DNA of 64,000 nucleotides, from contig OZ024742.1 in assembly GCA_964016885.1 (NCBI GenBank), forward strand, positions 7,316,001 to 7,380,000, read 5' to 3'. This document shows, one piece after another, positions 28,199 to 41,868 of the stretch (position 1 is the stretch's first letter; every line of letters begins with the position of its first letter). The notes under the pieces are model-generated. The model searched no databases, was not told where the DNA came from, and saw nothing but the letters and a program-made list of their open reading frames with translations. The position numbers and the translations under genes are program-made. This DNA is from Eledone cirrhosa. Its lineage: Eukaryota.

Positions 28199-29269
28199 CA
28201 TGATAAGACTGGGGTCCCTATCATTAAAATCACCCAAGACACCCCCAACGAGATATACCTTGGAGGAGGCCAGCTAAACCTGCATAGGTGTGAGCTGTCA
28301 CACACAGATATACCAGACCCTGTTGCATGAACTCGTACACCGAAGTTAAATTTAACATTGACCCAAAATGTCACTTGGTCAAATGATGTTTGGGCGAATA
28401 TTACAGTTTGAATACCCGTTCTAGGCAAGGCTGCGGCAAAATTGCTTTGTTTTTGTTTCTCAACCACGTAATTCCTAGTTTGTACGGTGTTTGGTAAACA
28501 TGTTAGATAATCACCCCACCCCCACCCTCAAATGATATAGAATGAACTCTACCCAGAGGTATTGAATAGAGTTATTTTTCAAAATATTTCACATCAGAAA
28601 TTTAATAATGTGTTCAATAAAATAATATATTCTGAATAATTTAATAAAAGCAAGTTGCTTCCAGAGATATATAGATATCAAAATAAAATATATAATAGTT
28701 GGACATAGCGTGGCTATGGAGACTGTGAGCGTCATAAATTATTAATGGTGACCTTTGACATTCTGGATTAGCAATAACGAGTTTAATTCTGTCTCAAGAA
28801 GAAACAAGTTCACATGAACAATACCTTCAACAGCTGAGATATGTCAGGATTTGGCTAAAAACATCATAGAATTCGAGTTTACATTGAATTTTTATGGTTA
28901 TGGCATATTTTTATCGACGAAAATTTGTAATCAACAATGAGAAAATCAAAAAACCAGTTCTTTGAAATAAAACTACGTTATGTGTGTACCTGCTTGCCCC
29001 TGATTGCAGCAAAAAAATATAATAAGCTCGTAATTATCCCATTGAAAACATCTAGCCAGTCATGATGTTGTTCAACAAACGCAAAATAAATAAAAAAATA
29101 CACAACATACACCAGAATTGTTAATACTAGCTGCATACTTGGTTTTCAAATTGAAATTCAGTATTTAAACAATGTTGGGCTGGGCAATGCAATATAGGGA
29201 TGGATTTCTGTTGATATTTGCTAGTAATCAGATTCATTACACCACAAAACCTTGATTGATGGGTAGAGA

Positions 29270-29485
29270 GAGCCAGGAGCCATGAGAGCGTCGTTCAAAT
29301 CGTTAGAACCATGTATTTTATTTAATATTTTTATTCTACGTTCTCTGTTCAAATCCCGCTGAGGTCAACTTTATTTTTCATCGATCCGAGGTCGATAAAA
29401 TCAATTACCAGTTAAGTACTGATGTGGTTATACTCGATATATTCTCCTTCAATTTACTGGTCTTTCTCCAAAATTAGTAACCATT
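29270..29485 (+). mobile_element. SINE (Nin/Deu-type core), diverged
   Basis: GTTCAAATCCCGCTGAGGTCAACTTTATTTTTCATCGATCCGAGGTCGATAAAAT. Confidence 0.7.
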
Positions 29486-32029
29486 ATTCCACAGAATCTC
29501 TAGGCTAAACTACGTTTTGTATTTATTATGTACCAACAACATGCTTTTGTGCGATCAATTGTCCTGCTAGAAATAGGAGCCAATCATACGATGTATCAAC
29601 ATGGTATGCCAAGAGCTTGTACTAATGTTTGTATTTCATTCAAAGTAATGACGTTAGTACAACCATTTTCTACTTCAATCTTCTAAAATATGTTAATCAT
29701 GAATATACAAATAATATAGTAACGGATTTGGGTAGACAGCTGTGTAGGTTGTACATTCTATAGCATGATATACCCCTGAGATGAATACGCCGACAGTACA
29801 TTGCCCTAGTGTGTACACGCAATTCACTAATAAACTTTTGTGGTTTGATATTATATAGTAAAAAATGCAGGGCATTTTGTGTTTATTTAAATTCACTGTT
29901 AATTTGATATGATGTATTTTGATGATCTAATGAACAGTAATATGTGTTTACTCTAAAATTAACTGAAATAATAGTACGAATACATGATAATACGCGTAGC
30001 ATATACGTTTCGAGCGTTTTACCAGGTTATTAACCTGAAATTAATGAACCAGTTGATGATTGGTAAAAACGGGAGAGTATCGGATAAATTATCTTCCTGT
30101 TTCCATTGAAGTTCTTATTACATATTCTACCTGAAAGTTACTTTGCCTTTTTATCATTCCAATGTCAAAACATTAAGGTACCAGTCAAATATGGGTCCAT
30201 TTATTACTCCTATAGTAAAACTCTGATATGGATCGAATTAAAATAGGAATCTAATAAATCTTCAATAACGAATAAACAGTCCACATAAAGTAAGGTATTG
30301 ATGTTTAACACAGAATCTACCTTATATTCCCTTAAGGATAACTTTTGTTTAGTTGTGTTACATGTATTATATGTCAGTCATTTAACACCTAACCCTGTCA
30401 CATATGGTGGATGAAGTGATGCTCATGTTTCTGTGTAAAAGTTCAGAGGATTGTGGTAGAGCCTGCAGCAGTGGAGACTTGCGGCGTTCTTGGCCCTTGA
30501 ACCAAATCCCTACTCACTGCTATAGGGACGGAGTTGGCCGCCCACAGGTGCGAACCCCACGAGGTATAGTGGATGTTTCAGCGCGTCTCTCTTGCCGACC
30601 TCCGGAGCAATACATTCTCCATTCTGTCGGCCATAGACGGAGGGCAAGTTATTTTGTGGCGGAGGATTCTCATTCGAATGTCCCTTCAACAACTAAGGTA
30701 TATTTACATATGGAGTAGAAAGTGTGAAAAGAAGTCAAACCTTTAAAATACGAAAATCGGAAACAATAAGAAATTCGATATAACGACCTCGAAAATTATA
30801 AATCTTTTTGAAGGAAGAAGAAAACGAAGGAGAAATTATAGAGATTCTGTGGAAATCGTTGATATGCTTAGAAATTATGATTGATTTTGTATTCCTATAA
30901 CTAATTGGTCTCATTTAACCGGCGAAACATCGAAGTCAAACAATGCATGAAAATATTTTCAATCAACTTCCAAATGAGTAATCGATTTCCTTTGTTAAAT
31001 TCAATGTGTCACATTTATATTCAACATTGTTTTTCTATAATGACGTTTTTATTTATTATATCTGCTCCATAAGACTATTCTTACCAGTGCCAAACAGTTA
31101 TTGTTCAAATTTCTTTAAATCAGTCTGCCACTAAAATAAATAAATAAACATTTAAGCGATGCGAAATTCGAAACTTTTCTGCGTGTCAATCTGAAATATT
31201 TAACCTACTCTAAACTTTAACTAGCTGAAATTGAATCTCGTCTCTAAGGATCATAAAAAGCCGTTTCTTTCTCAAGGTTATATAATATCCTTACGTTACT
31301 GAATTGTATAAAACAAATAAATGAGAGCATGGTAACACACGTCAAGCACTTTAGATTCTTTATTTTTAGACTTAAGATGAAAAAATCTTATGTCAGAGAA
31401 TGTCTGGCTAGATTTTCGTATATTGTATTAACGCTAACACAACGAGAATGTGACATTGACATTAAGAGATGAAACATGTATATTTAATAACTGTATTCAC
31501 GTAACTACCAGCATATTTGACAAGGTATAGTAGTTAACTCCCTCACTATTTCAGCTGTATTCTAATATAACTAATATAGATTTTATTTTACAAAAATTCT
31601 ATGTTGCTTTATAAAAAATGATATCTAAGGCCATTTTAATTAATCTTTGCAGTCAGAAAATTAATTATTTTGGCCTCATCCTGATGGTAAATTATTGCGA
31701 ACAAATAAATATTTTTCAATTCATCATCTTTTGAACTATCAGAATAAAATATAATGTTAATAATTATAGCAGCAGCAAATATTATTAATCTCTGTAAAAC
31801 GTTAGAGTATAGCAGTATATTGTCCTCACCCGAAGGAGATATATCATTCCTTAATTGTATGTATTGACCCTTAACACTTAACGAAGACCTAGGGGCGCTA
31901 TCATGACATACGGCGTATTTAAGGTGCTTTAAACATGGTGGCGAAAAACACCTCTCTAAACACAGCTCAGTTCTTCTAAAGAAAAAAACGGAAAGGGTGA
32001 AAGCTAGGAAGTGAGGAAGAGATACGGAG

Positions 32030-32100
32030 AAATAATCGACCTCAGTAGTTGACTGGTATTTTTGTATCGACATTGAAAGGTTAAACGGCAAATTATTTAA
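32030..32100 (-). mobile_element. SINE core fragment
   Basis: Reverse complement TTTGCCGTTTAACCTTTCAATGTCGATACAAAAATACCAGTC resembles the core of the other copies. Confidence 0.45.
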
Positions 32101-32648
32101 ACACACAGAGCGCAGAGAGCCGGAACGAATAAGTCTCTGTTAACTTGTAGCATTCATTCCTCAATTAAATACCGTAAAAATACATCAGTGAAATTATCTA
32201 ATGAGGTATTAAATCAACTATCATTTTAATATCACCTCAGAATTAATCTATTTCTATTAATTAAGATAGATTGGGTGGAAATATAATATTCCTAATAAAT
32301 TTTCGAATTTTAAAAGCTACCTCAGAGGAAAACTTTACAAGATATAGAATTGTGATCAGTATGGAAATCATGTGATCAACCCAGTATGCGCTGGCTACCA
32401 TAAATATTTGCTTTCAGGAGGTACATTTTCCGCTGCATTTCTTGCAGAAGAAATCTTGTGAATTGATGTGTTTATAACTACACCGAACGATGAGGTATTG
32501 TGTTCGTTTAAACGGATAATAAAGCAGTACGAGTTAAATTAATGGACTTACATGTATTCAATACATTAACAGTGGTGCTACAAATTTATCTCCCATAGAA
32601 ATTACTACTGCAATACATAAAGAGTAATATTTGTTTGAAATTATTAAA

Positions 32649-32698
32649 ACTTTTCTGATGATTTCAAACTAATGAAACATTTCTATTCCTGTAGAAGT
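32649..32698 (+). ncRNA. Degenerate hammerhead of the 18446 family
   Basis: TTTT-CTGATGA-TTTCAAACTAAT-GAAA-CATTTCTATTCCTG-TA-GAAGT, colinear with 18446-18494. Confidence 0.55.
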
Positions 32699-32927
32699 CA
32701 ATTTTTTATATGAAATGAATATATAAATGTATTTATACATATATATGTGAAACATCTACCAATATATAGATAGAGTTCAATGACGATTGCGAGTCTCACT
32801 CTTTGTGTGTCCATATAAATATTTAAAAGATACACATGTCAAACTGAAAATATATGTATTCACACACACACACACATGCATGCATACACATGCATATATG
32901 CATACACACTCTCTCTGACACATATTG

Positions 32928-32997
<70 letters not shown>

Positions 32998-33105
32998 CAT
33001 ATATGTATATATATATACATAGATACACACACACACATATATATATGTGTACATATATACAAAAGATACATACATACATACAGGTAGATATATACACACA
33101 GAGAC

Positions 33106-33170
<65 letters not shown>

Positions 33171-33876
33171 TGTGTGTTTCTGTGTTTGCGTAAATTGCTA
33201 AATCATTAAAAACTAAAATATCATTTTTTATTTTTATAATTAAACGTGACTAGAATCTGGTTAAATTCAAAGTGGAAAAAAAATCCTAAGAGAGAGAGCA
33301 CGAATATGACATTACATGTCTTGTAGAACGAAATTGGATGTTTCTCGAAATTACTATTTCATAATTTAGTTCTGAAATACAACTGAAACATGAAGAAGTT
33401 TCATTAATATCTAGTTATATATTGTCACATAACAGCAATTGTTGTTCTTACACGTTAACATCATACATATATATACACCTCTCTAGATATATATGATGGG
33501 CTCTCTCGTCCATTTCCACATATGATGATCCAAACAATATTTTCAGTTCATTCAGTTTGGATGTTTATGTCGGGTTTCTCATTTTTTTCCCTGCCAAAGA
33601 TATGCAAGCAAGTTTACAGGCCGAGCAAGGGTAAGGTTTACTGGATAATATTGTTGTTGTGTTTGATAATACTTTTTCTCATCCCACTATTGCTTCTTAT
33701 GCCTAAGGACACAACAAGACTTGAATTTCCTGATCCCATTATGACACACCGATCTCCAGTCCTTCCGTTTCAACACCATATGATCAAATGTATCATATAT
33801 TTTGCTTGCTGAAACATTAATTTCCTTATTACCTCAACCATGGTAGTCCAATATTTCTATATGCCCATCAATCTGG

Positions 33877-33937
<61 letters not shown>

Positions 33938-34270
33938 AGAATGAAACGAAATTTCATTTCTCACTCTTAGTACGGCACTTACTTAACCGATACGTGCATA
34001 TATATATGTGTACATGTATGTATATATATACATACTACTGTACGTCTGTATACATATATGTATGTACATATACATACATACATACTTACATTTAAGTAAC
34101 AGCCGTACTAAGATTGAGAAATGAAATTTAGTTTCATTCTATTCCATTTATCGTTTTCGGTGTGCCCGGCCGACTGAACTCACTCGATATGCAAATTAGG
34201 CTGCTCAGCCGTTAATATGCATAAGGAAAGTATATACTTTCAGACGTTCAACCATCTGGCAGGAAGGTAT

Positions 34271-34313
34271 ACGATGCTGACGATAGCTAATAAGCTTGAA
34301 ACTAGTACATCGT
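34271..34313 (+). ncRNA. Minimal type I hammerhead ribozyme
   Basis: ACGATG-CTGACGA-TAGCT-aata-AGCTT-GAAA-CTAG-TA-CATCGT. Perfect 6-bp stem I, palindromic stem III, predicted cleavage after 34307. Confidence 0.85.
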
Positions 34314-34439
34314 TGCTGTGTCAGTGTTGAACAAAAAGGTGACGTGGTTGCCTAAACAGTGTCCGGCGTAATTCGGGCTGTTTGTTTGTTTACAAACAAA
34401 CAAACCGAGCATTATAATAAATTTTCGGTAAACCGATAC

Positions 34440-34498
<59 letters not shown>

Positions 34499-34649
34499 CA
34501 TGTATGTATATATATATACATACTACTGTACGTCTGTATACATATATGTATGTACGTATACATACATACTTACATATATATATATATATATATAAATATA
34601 TATATATATATTTATGTATATATATACATATATATATATATATACATAT

Positions 34650-34797
<148 letters not shown>

Positions 34798-34920
34798 AAG
34801 TTGGAAATACCATGGAAAATATATTTTAGGGTCTGTTTTTCTTTTTTTTTTCCTTTCTTTGATTCGTCAAAATGACATTATTGAAAAAATGAGAGTGACA
34901 ATTCTTTTAAAAAAAAGTTT

Positions 34921-34983
34921 TATAAAGTATATAAAGTATATAAAGTATATAAAGTATATAAAGTATATAAAGTATATAAAGTA
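34921..34983. repeat. 9-bp tandem repeat (TATAAAGTA)n
   Basis: About 7 copies read directly. Confidence 0.9.
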
Positions 34984-35140
34984 TTACTGGTTTCGATGTA
35001 TTATTAATATTCATCTTATCAAATGTTGAGTATTACAATTAAAAAGAATTAATAGGAATTAAAAACTAAAAATTAAAAACTAAACCCTATATTTTAAAGC
35101 ATATATTTTCACTAGCTCTGACAGTTGGCAGGTGAACAGT

Positions 35141-35190
35141 GAGCTGTGCTGAAGAAGGGTGATACCCAGAAACATTTGTGTCTGCAGTTC
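35141..35190 (+). ncRNA. Type I hammerhead ribozyme motif
   Basis: GAGCTGTG-CTGAAGA-AGGGTGATACCCA-GAAA-CATTTGTG-TC-TGCAGTTC. Stem I has G-U pairs; stem II GGGT/ACCC. Confidence 0.7.
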
Positions 35191-35319
35191 TGTTCACATG
35201 CCAACACAAGAGCAAGAGTGAAGGGTTCATTCTACTGACATGGCTATAAAATTGAGGCTTGTTTGCATAATTGCAAACGAATCGAATGTTATTATTAATA
35301 TTCGAAAAACTCAGATTAC

Positions 35320-35353
<34 letters not shown>

Positions 35354-35389
35354 GTTCTTGAATTTGTTTAGCGAGATTTCTTATCTGAA

Positions 35390-35998
35390 AACGTGTGTTG
35401 AAACAGATATTGTTATACTTTGGGAGGGTCATGCTGCCAATAAAAACACACGCGCCTATTGGTTTTCACTTCAATTTATTATAAATTTCCGGTTGGTTGG
35501 TTGGTTCGATAACCGTAAGGTTGTTTATATATTGTCAAAGCTCTTTCGTTACATATTCTGTGACCTCCCCAGGGACTAGGTTTTTATTTTGTATCTCTCC
35601 TTGTTCTGTCTTACACCATCGTGTTTTTGTGTCTTGTATTCTTGGTTTGCGCATACCAAACTAAGCACACAACACACAACATAACACAAGAATCTTGATA
35701 ATCCCAAATATTTCGGGTTTAAAAACCCATTATCAAGTGAAGTCTCTTATAGGGATACTCCCTTAACAATAGATTGTTAAACCCGAAAATATTTGGGATT
35801 ATCAAATTTGTTATGGTAAGATTCTTTTGTTATCTTAACATTCTTGATTTTCTTTCTACTTCATTGTATGGTTTTCATAATTATTTAAATTTATGTTTCC
35901 TATTCCACAATGCTTAAACCAAATTACAACTCTGATATATAAATATGTGTTCTTTTGGCAGCATGATCCTCCCAAAGTATAGCAATATCTCTTTCAAC
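35390..35998. mobile_element. Convergent inverted pair of pLTR-like tails with a nested fold-back element (35680-35895)
   Basis: GATATTGTTATACTTTGGGAGGGTCATGCTGCCAA at about 35406 and its reverse complement at about 35953-35989. The nested element is homologous to 27662-27920. Confidence 0.65.
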
Positions 35999-36471
35999 AG
36001 CCACCACCCCACTCTCAAGAGCGTGAAACTAATAAACCTTTGTTCGTACTGCCTCTCTGTTTTGTTCCCGTTCAATTTTTTACTATACAATACACGCACC
36101 CACGGCTTCCATACCTTTGGAATACGACCTTGACTACCGGCTCAACCCCGATCTAATCCGCCGTGACCACTCTCTGAACTTTCCACACACCTTCCCACAA
36201 CTTGTTTTTCCTTTCTTTGCATTACCTTTGATTGATTTATTTACTGTACTTGTTTATTTCTGTCTATTATTTTCTGTCCATGATTGCCTGTGTTTTTACG
36301 ATTATGATTTTTTGTCTATGATTTTCCTGTGTATACTCTCCTCTCCTTACGTTATTTCTCTTTGATTTTCCCTTTCCCGTCTCTGCCTATCACTCGCACT
36401 CCCCCCCCCCCCCCCACCGCTTCACACACCTTCCTTCTCATTCCTCCCCTTGCTTTCACTCCACGCCCACC

Positions 36472-38850
36472 ATGCCCAGCCTGAGATCTTATCTCCACCA
36501 ACTCCACACCAGCCTCAAACTTTTCCTCACCCCATCCTACCACCCTGCTATCTCCCTTCGGCCCTTCAACTCTCCTACCTTCTCTTCGCCAAAACCCGGC
36601 ACTCCAGCCACATCCATTTCCTCAGCCACTGCCTCCACCTCCACCTTATCACCCTCGGCTTCCGTCTACACTTCCACCAGCCCCCTGCTTCCCCCTCCAC
36701 CCAAAGTATCCTCACCCGATCGTCGCACCTCATAATGCGCAACTCCATCCGCGCCTCCCGCTCCACCATCCGCAAACTTGACTACCAACTGACCCCCACC
36801 CTCCTCCGCCTTAACTCCGCCTGCCACCCCCTCCTCGCCCACGCCATCCTCCTCTTCATCCAAAACCTCAACCACGACCTCTTCTCCTTCCTCACCTCCA
36901 CCAAAGCCCGTAAGCTACACTCACTCCCCCCATTCACCCCCATCCACCACCACCCGCCCATCCCTATGAACCCCCCACACCCATCCCACCCATCCCCACC
37001 ACTCTTCACCCCTCCCTCAACCCACACACCTACCCAATTTCCACCCTCCACCTCACCCCTCACCACACCCTTCCCTCCTCCCCCACATACCCAAACCCCA
37101 CCACTGTTTGTCACCATACCCCCTGACCACCCCCTCTCCGAACCTGAGCGCTCACTCCTCAGTAGAGGCCTTCACTTCAGACCCCACACACCGCACAGCG
37201 ACGAGTTCCGCACCCGAACGGAAGTCGAGCCATTCGTGCGTCGCACGAAGCTACAGGCACATTTCGGCCGAACGCCACCGGCTCCGAACGACCCAGACCC
37301 GTTTCTCGCCTTGGGCCGACGACCATCATCTTGGACGCCGGCCCCAGTGCAATTTAGCACCCTGGACGCGTTCGTCGATGCCAGCCGTAGCGCAGTTAAT
37401 CGCTTCGACTTCCGCCACCGTTCCAAACGGAATAACGTCTCACGGGGCGAACTCCTCGCTCTCCGCTCCCTCCGTATCCGAGATGACATCGTCATCAAAC
37501 CGGCGGACAAGGGAGGCGCCGTGGTGGTGTGGCGCGTGGACCTCTACACGGCTGAAGCCCTCACAGCTCCGTAACCCCCTCTTCTATCGCCCTCTACCCT
37601 CCGATCCCACAGCCCTCTACCAACAAGTTTCCTCCACCATCCAAAACCTTGTCTCCTCCTCCCTCCTCCCTCCACCGTTTCCCACCTCATCGTCCGCACC
37701 TCCCGCACCCCCACCATCTACTTCCTCCCCAAACTCCACAAACCCGACAACCTCGGCCGCCCCATCGTCTCCGCTTGCAACTTCCCCACCGAACTCATCT
37801 CCGCCTTTCTTGACTCCATCCTCGTCCCCCTTGTCACCACCCTCCCCTCCCACATCTCCGACACCAACCACGCCCTGCGCCTTTTCGACTCCTTCACTTT
37901 CCCACCCGGCCCACATCCCTTCCTCTTCACCCTAGATATCTATACCGTCATCCCCCCACGCCGACGGCCTACGTGCCCTCAAGCACTACCTCAACCTTCG
38001 CCCCTCCGACATCCCCTCCACCCCCACCCCCTATCGTCTCGCCGAGCTGGTCCTCACCCTCAACTGTTTCTCCTTCTCGGGTGAGTTTTACCAACAGCTC
38101 ACGGGGGTAGCCATGGGTACAAAATGGGCCCAATCTATGCCAACCTTTTTGTTGGCCATGTTGAGGCCCAAATCTTTGCCCTGTACACCGGCCCCACGCC
38201 CGAACTATACGGTCGTTACATCGACGACTGTATCGGAGCAACGACCCTCACCCGAGAACAGCTCGACTCCTTTCTCTCCTTCTTCTGCTCCTTCCTCCCC
38301 TCCCTCCACTTCACCCCCTCTATCTCCACCACCCACGTCCACTTCTTAGACATCTCCGTCGCCTTCGACCCCTCTCGCCACTCCCCTCCTTCAAACGCGC
38401 ACGCAATCTCCGCACTCTCCTCATCCACAGTTCCCTACCCCCCAAGCCCCCCCCCGGTTCCCTTCCCTGTTCCAGGCCCCGTTGCAACACCTGTCCCCAT
38501 ATCACCAACACCACCACCTTCCAGGGTCCCAACGGCCACTCTCTCTCTATCCGGCATGCCTTCCGCTGCATCTCCATCCAACCTAGTCTATGGACTTCGC
38601 TATGTCGGACAGACTGGACGTCGCCTAGCGGACCGGTTTACTGAACACCTCCAAGATATTCTTCTCGGTGGAGTTCCCCCATCGCCCGCCACTTTGGTGC
38701 CCCTGAACATTCCGCGCACCACCTCACAGTCTGTGGCCTACTCCAATGCCACGGAACGCCCACCACTCTCCTCAGGGTCGAACAATGAACCATCTTCACC
38801 ATACAGACCCACACTCCCCCCGGCCTGAACTCCCCACCCTTATTCCTTTA
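36472..38850 (+). pseudogene. Penelope RT + GIY-YIG endonuclease ORF, frameshifted and internally deleted
   Basis: Across frames: [128 protein letters not shown]; terminal PPGLN. Confidence 0.9.
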
Positions 38851-39757
38851 GCCTTCGACCGCCCTCCACCATCCTCACACATATATCCCCCACTAACACC
38901 ACTAACACACTCCTCCTTTTCACCGCCCACCCCAAAACTAACAATACTAACACCTCCACTCCACCCCACCACCGACCACCCGTCTCCAACTAACATAGTA
39001 ACATCCCTCCTTGATTCTCGCCCCCCCCCCTCCCCTTATCACACGCACACACCCACCGGTACATATATACACACGTCCACACTAAACACACACCCTACAA
39101 CCACCACTAACCCTCACCCCCACACATCCACCCCACCACCCCGCAACTAACATCACTAACATCCCTCCGACCCCACGCATACGAACACAGACACCCACTT
39201 ACACCACCCCTCTACACGCAACTAATATCACTAACACCCCCCCCCCAAAAAAAAACCCCCACTCACACGAACACACACACCAACTTACACCACCCACTCT
39301 ACACACTCTACCACCACTGACCCCCACTAACACCCGCATTCAACCCTTTCCCCACCACCAGTATACTACCACCCCCATCACCACACACACACACACCGAG
39401 CTACACCCCACCCCACACACATCTTTTCCTGAACATGCAACCCCGTTCTTCCCCAACACTTACTTTCACTTACACACACACACACACACACACGTACACC
39501 TACACACACACACCAGCTTCAGCCCTCCCCGCTCGGACACGCCGCTTCCCTCTCCCCACTCCACTCACCACCACCCCTACACGTCCCACACCCTTCCACC
39601 ACCTGTTTTACTTCATGTTTATTTTTATTTTTATTTTTATTTTTATTATGCTTTTATATTTAATTTCATTTGTACCGTTTCCTCTCACCCACTTTTTTAT
39701 ATATGTTTCTCCACCACTCCCCTACACTCCCTTGGAACTCTCTTCACACACACTTTT

Positions 39758-39791
39758 CACCTGAAGAAGGGCTTATGCCCGAAATGTCGTG
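39758..39791 (+). ncRNA. Minimal hammerhead in Penelope 3' pLTR
   Basis: CAC-CTGAAGA-AGGGC-ttat-GCCC-GAAA-TG-TC-GTG; predicted cleavage after 39788. Confidence 0.8.
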
Positions 39792-39876
39792 TCCCACCAC
39801 CACCCCACTCTCAAGAGCGTGAAACTAATAAACCTTTGTTCGTACTGCCTCTCTGTTTTGTTCCCCTTCAATTTTT

Positions 39877-39916
<40 letters not shown>

Positions 39917-40294
39917 GTACTTAGTACTCAGAGTGATATTTACCTCATTTTATGAATTCTCCTATCTATGTAGAGAAAAAAATTCGTTGCTGCTTACTGC
40001 TATTTTTTTTAGCAGAATTGCCATTAACGAGTCTGTAATATTTCCCGCTTTTTCTACTGGCCATTTCCTGTGTGGGTCATTCTAACGGCCTTACTCATAC
40101 TAGCTGGTAGTTGGCAATATATTTTCAGGGTGTGGGACTAGTTCCTACTGTATGGAAATAGCTATCTGATGAACTTTACTTTTCCGTTAGAAATTCTCTG
40201 AATCTTTAACCTTTTGTAAAGCGAAACCACCGGTAATACCATTATGTACAGGTAAATATTTAAATCATATATATATATATATTATATGGAACGA

Positions 40295-40508
40295 TCGACT
40301 TTCGTCAAATCGGACCGAGGGAACAATGTTTCCGTTGGTCTTTCCAATTCAATTGCTAATACTATCTATCGGTCGCAACTCCAGGTAGAAGGAGCAACGT
40401 GAAATAAAGTGTCTTGCTCAAGGACATAACGCATTGCCTGGTCCAGGAATCGAACTCACAACCTTACGATTGCGAATCCAATTCTCTAACCACTCAGCCA
40501 CACGCCTT
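40295..40508 (-). mobile_element. tRNA-derived SINE (second family)
   Basis: Minus: AAGGCGTGTGGCTGAGTGGTTAGAG...GAGTTCGATTCCTGGACC...TCCTTGAGCAAGACACTT. The 3' part is also found at 52690-52775. Confidence 0.75.
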
Positions 40509-41097
40509 ATATATATATATAAACCCGTTAATATTGAATGTAAAGAACCAAAATCAATGCCAAAAATACCACAATAGCATGTTAGTCAATAGTTCATCAA
40601 TTCCACCAATCAACTAACACCATTTAACATGGCCACCATGTTGATCTTTTACTTCCTTTCAAAAACTCAACCCTACTGCAAACCTGAGACCGGGTCTGAT
40701 TCTAAATTTACTTAATGTGATTGTAGCACTGCAGTAACCCACGAGATGTGATTTCTTTCTCCTGTCCACCCCCACCCAGTGTTGATGGCTAGTAAAGCTT
40801 CTCTTTATCGTCACTGGTTATATTTATTTAATATCTTCATCAGTCTAAATGTCATTTTCAAATGTATTACAGCCGTATTTTCTCTTCAGACAGATCCATC
40901 TGTTGTTACCCGTATAGCTTTTGAAAGCCATGTGCATTGTCCTAGCGATCCTTCAAATATTTAAGGCCTTAAAAGGTAGAAGGGAGAGGTTACATGTTTG
41001 TGTATCAAGCTTATAAACTTTCTGAGAAACTCAGTTCTAAGGATTGTCCACATATACTCCTTACTTTCACTATCCTTATTATAAATAAATAAATATC

Positions 41098-41129
<32 letters not shown>

Positions 41130-41187
41130 TGTATGTATGTATGTATGTATGTATGTATGTATGTATGTATGTATTTATGTATGTATG

Positions 41188-41253
<66 letters not shown>

Positions 41254-41792
41254 TTTAATTAGAAATTGAACAACACAAAATATAACTACGCCATTACCAA
41301 ATATTTCTGGATTGCAGACGCCTGGATCGGTCGTCAGACAGAGATGTTATTAAATAGCTCTGTTCTATACATAGAGCACTCTTTTTTCCTTTGCTTTTCC
41401 TTTGGAATTACCTAACATATATATACATATATATAGATATAGATATGTATGGGATAACAAGTTATCGCTATAGTGAAACCAGTTAGTGGTTGTGAGTACT
41501 CTGTACGGCAGATATGTTTAACGTACGGCGTTGTTTGACTCAACAAGAGGTTTCCGTAGTTAGATAATGAGTTCGCGAGAATTCCTATGCAGGTTATTCT
41601 ATAAATACAAATGCCATGTGTTAAACCCTCCAATATTCCGATGATTTGATCAGAGACAAACACTGTATTTAAGGTCGAGTGACGCAACTTCGAGTGATTA
41701 GCGGCCTTTAGACTTACCTGATCAATGAAACAATTGTTAATATTATAAATAAAATCCTTTTTGTACAGCCGACCATGTTATTCTTCACTCTT

Positions 41793-41860
<68 letters not shown>

Positions 41861-41868
<8 letters not shown>

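Larger units (their letters stand above)
36001..39883 (+). mobile_element. Penelope-like retroelement (probably Neptune-type), decayed, with pseudo-LTR direct repeats
   Basis: ~87-bp direct repeat CCACCACCCCACTCTCAAGAGCGTGAAACTAATAAACC... at 36001 and about 39797, RT and GIY-YIG motifs, and a hammerhead in the 3' pLTR. Confidence 0.92.

Noticed and set aside
40160-40210. Hammerhead-like CTGATGA...GAAATTCTCTGAATC
   Set aside because: A stem III is possible, but stems I and II do not pair convincingly.
41290-41345. Minus-strand CTGACGA...GAAATATT
   Set aside because: No supporting stem I or stem II.
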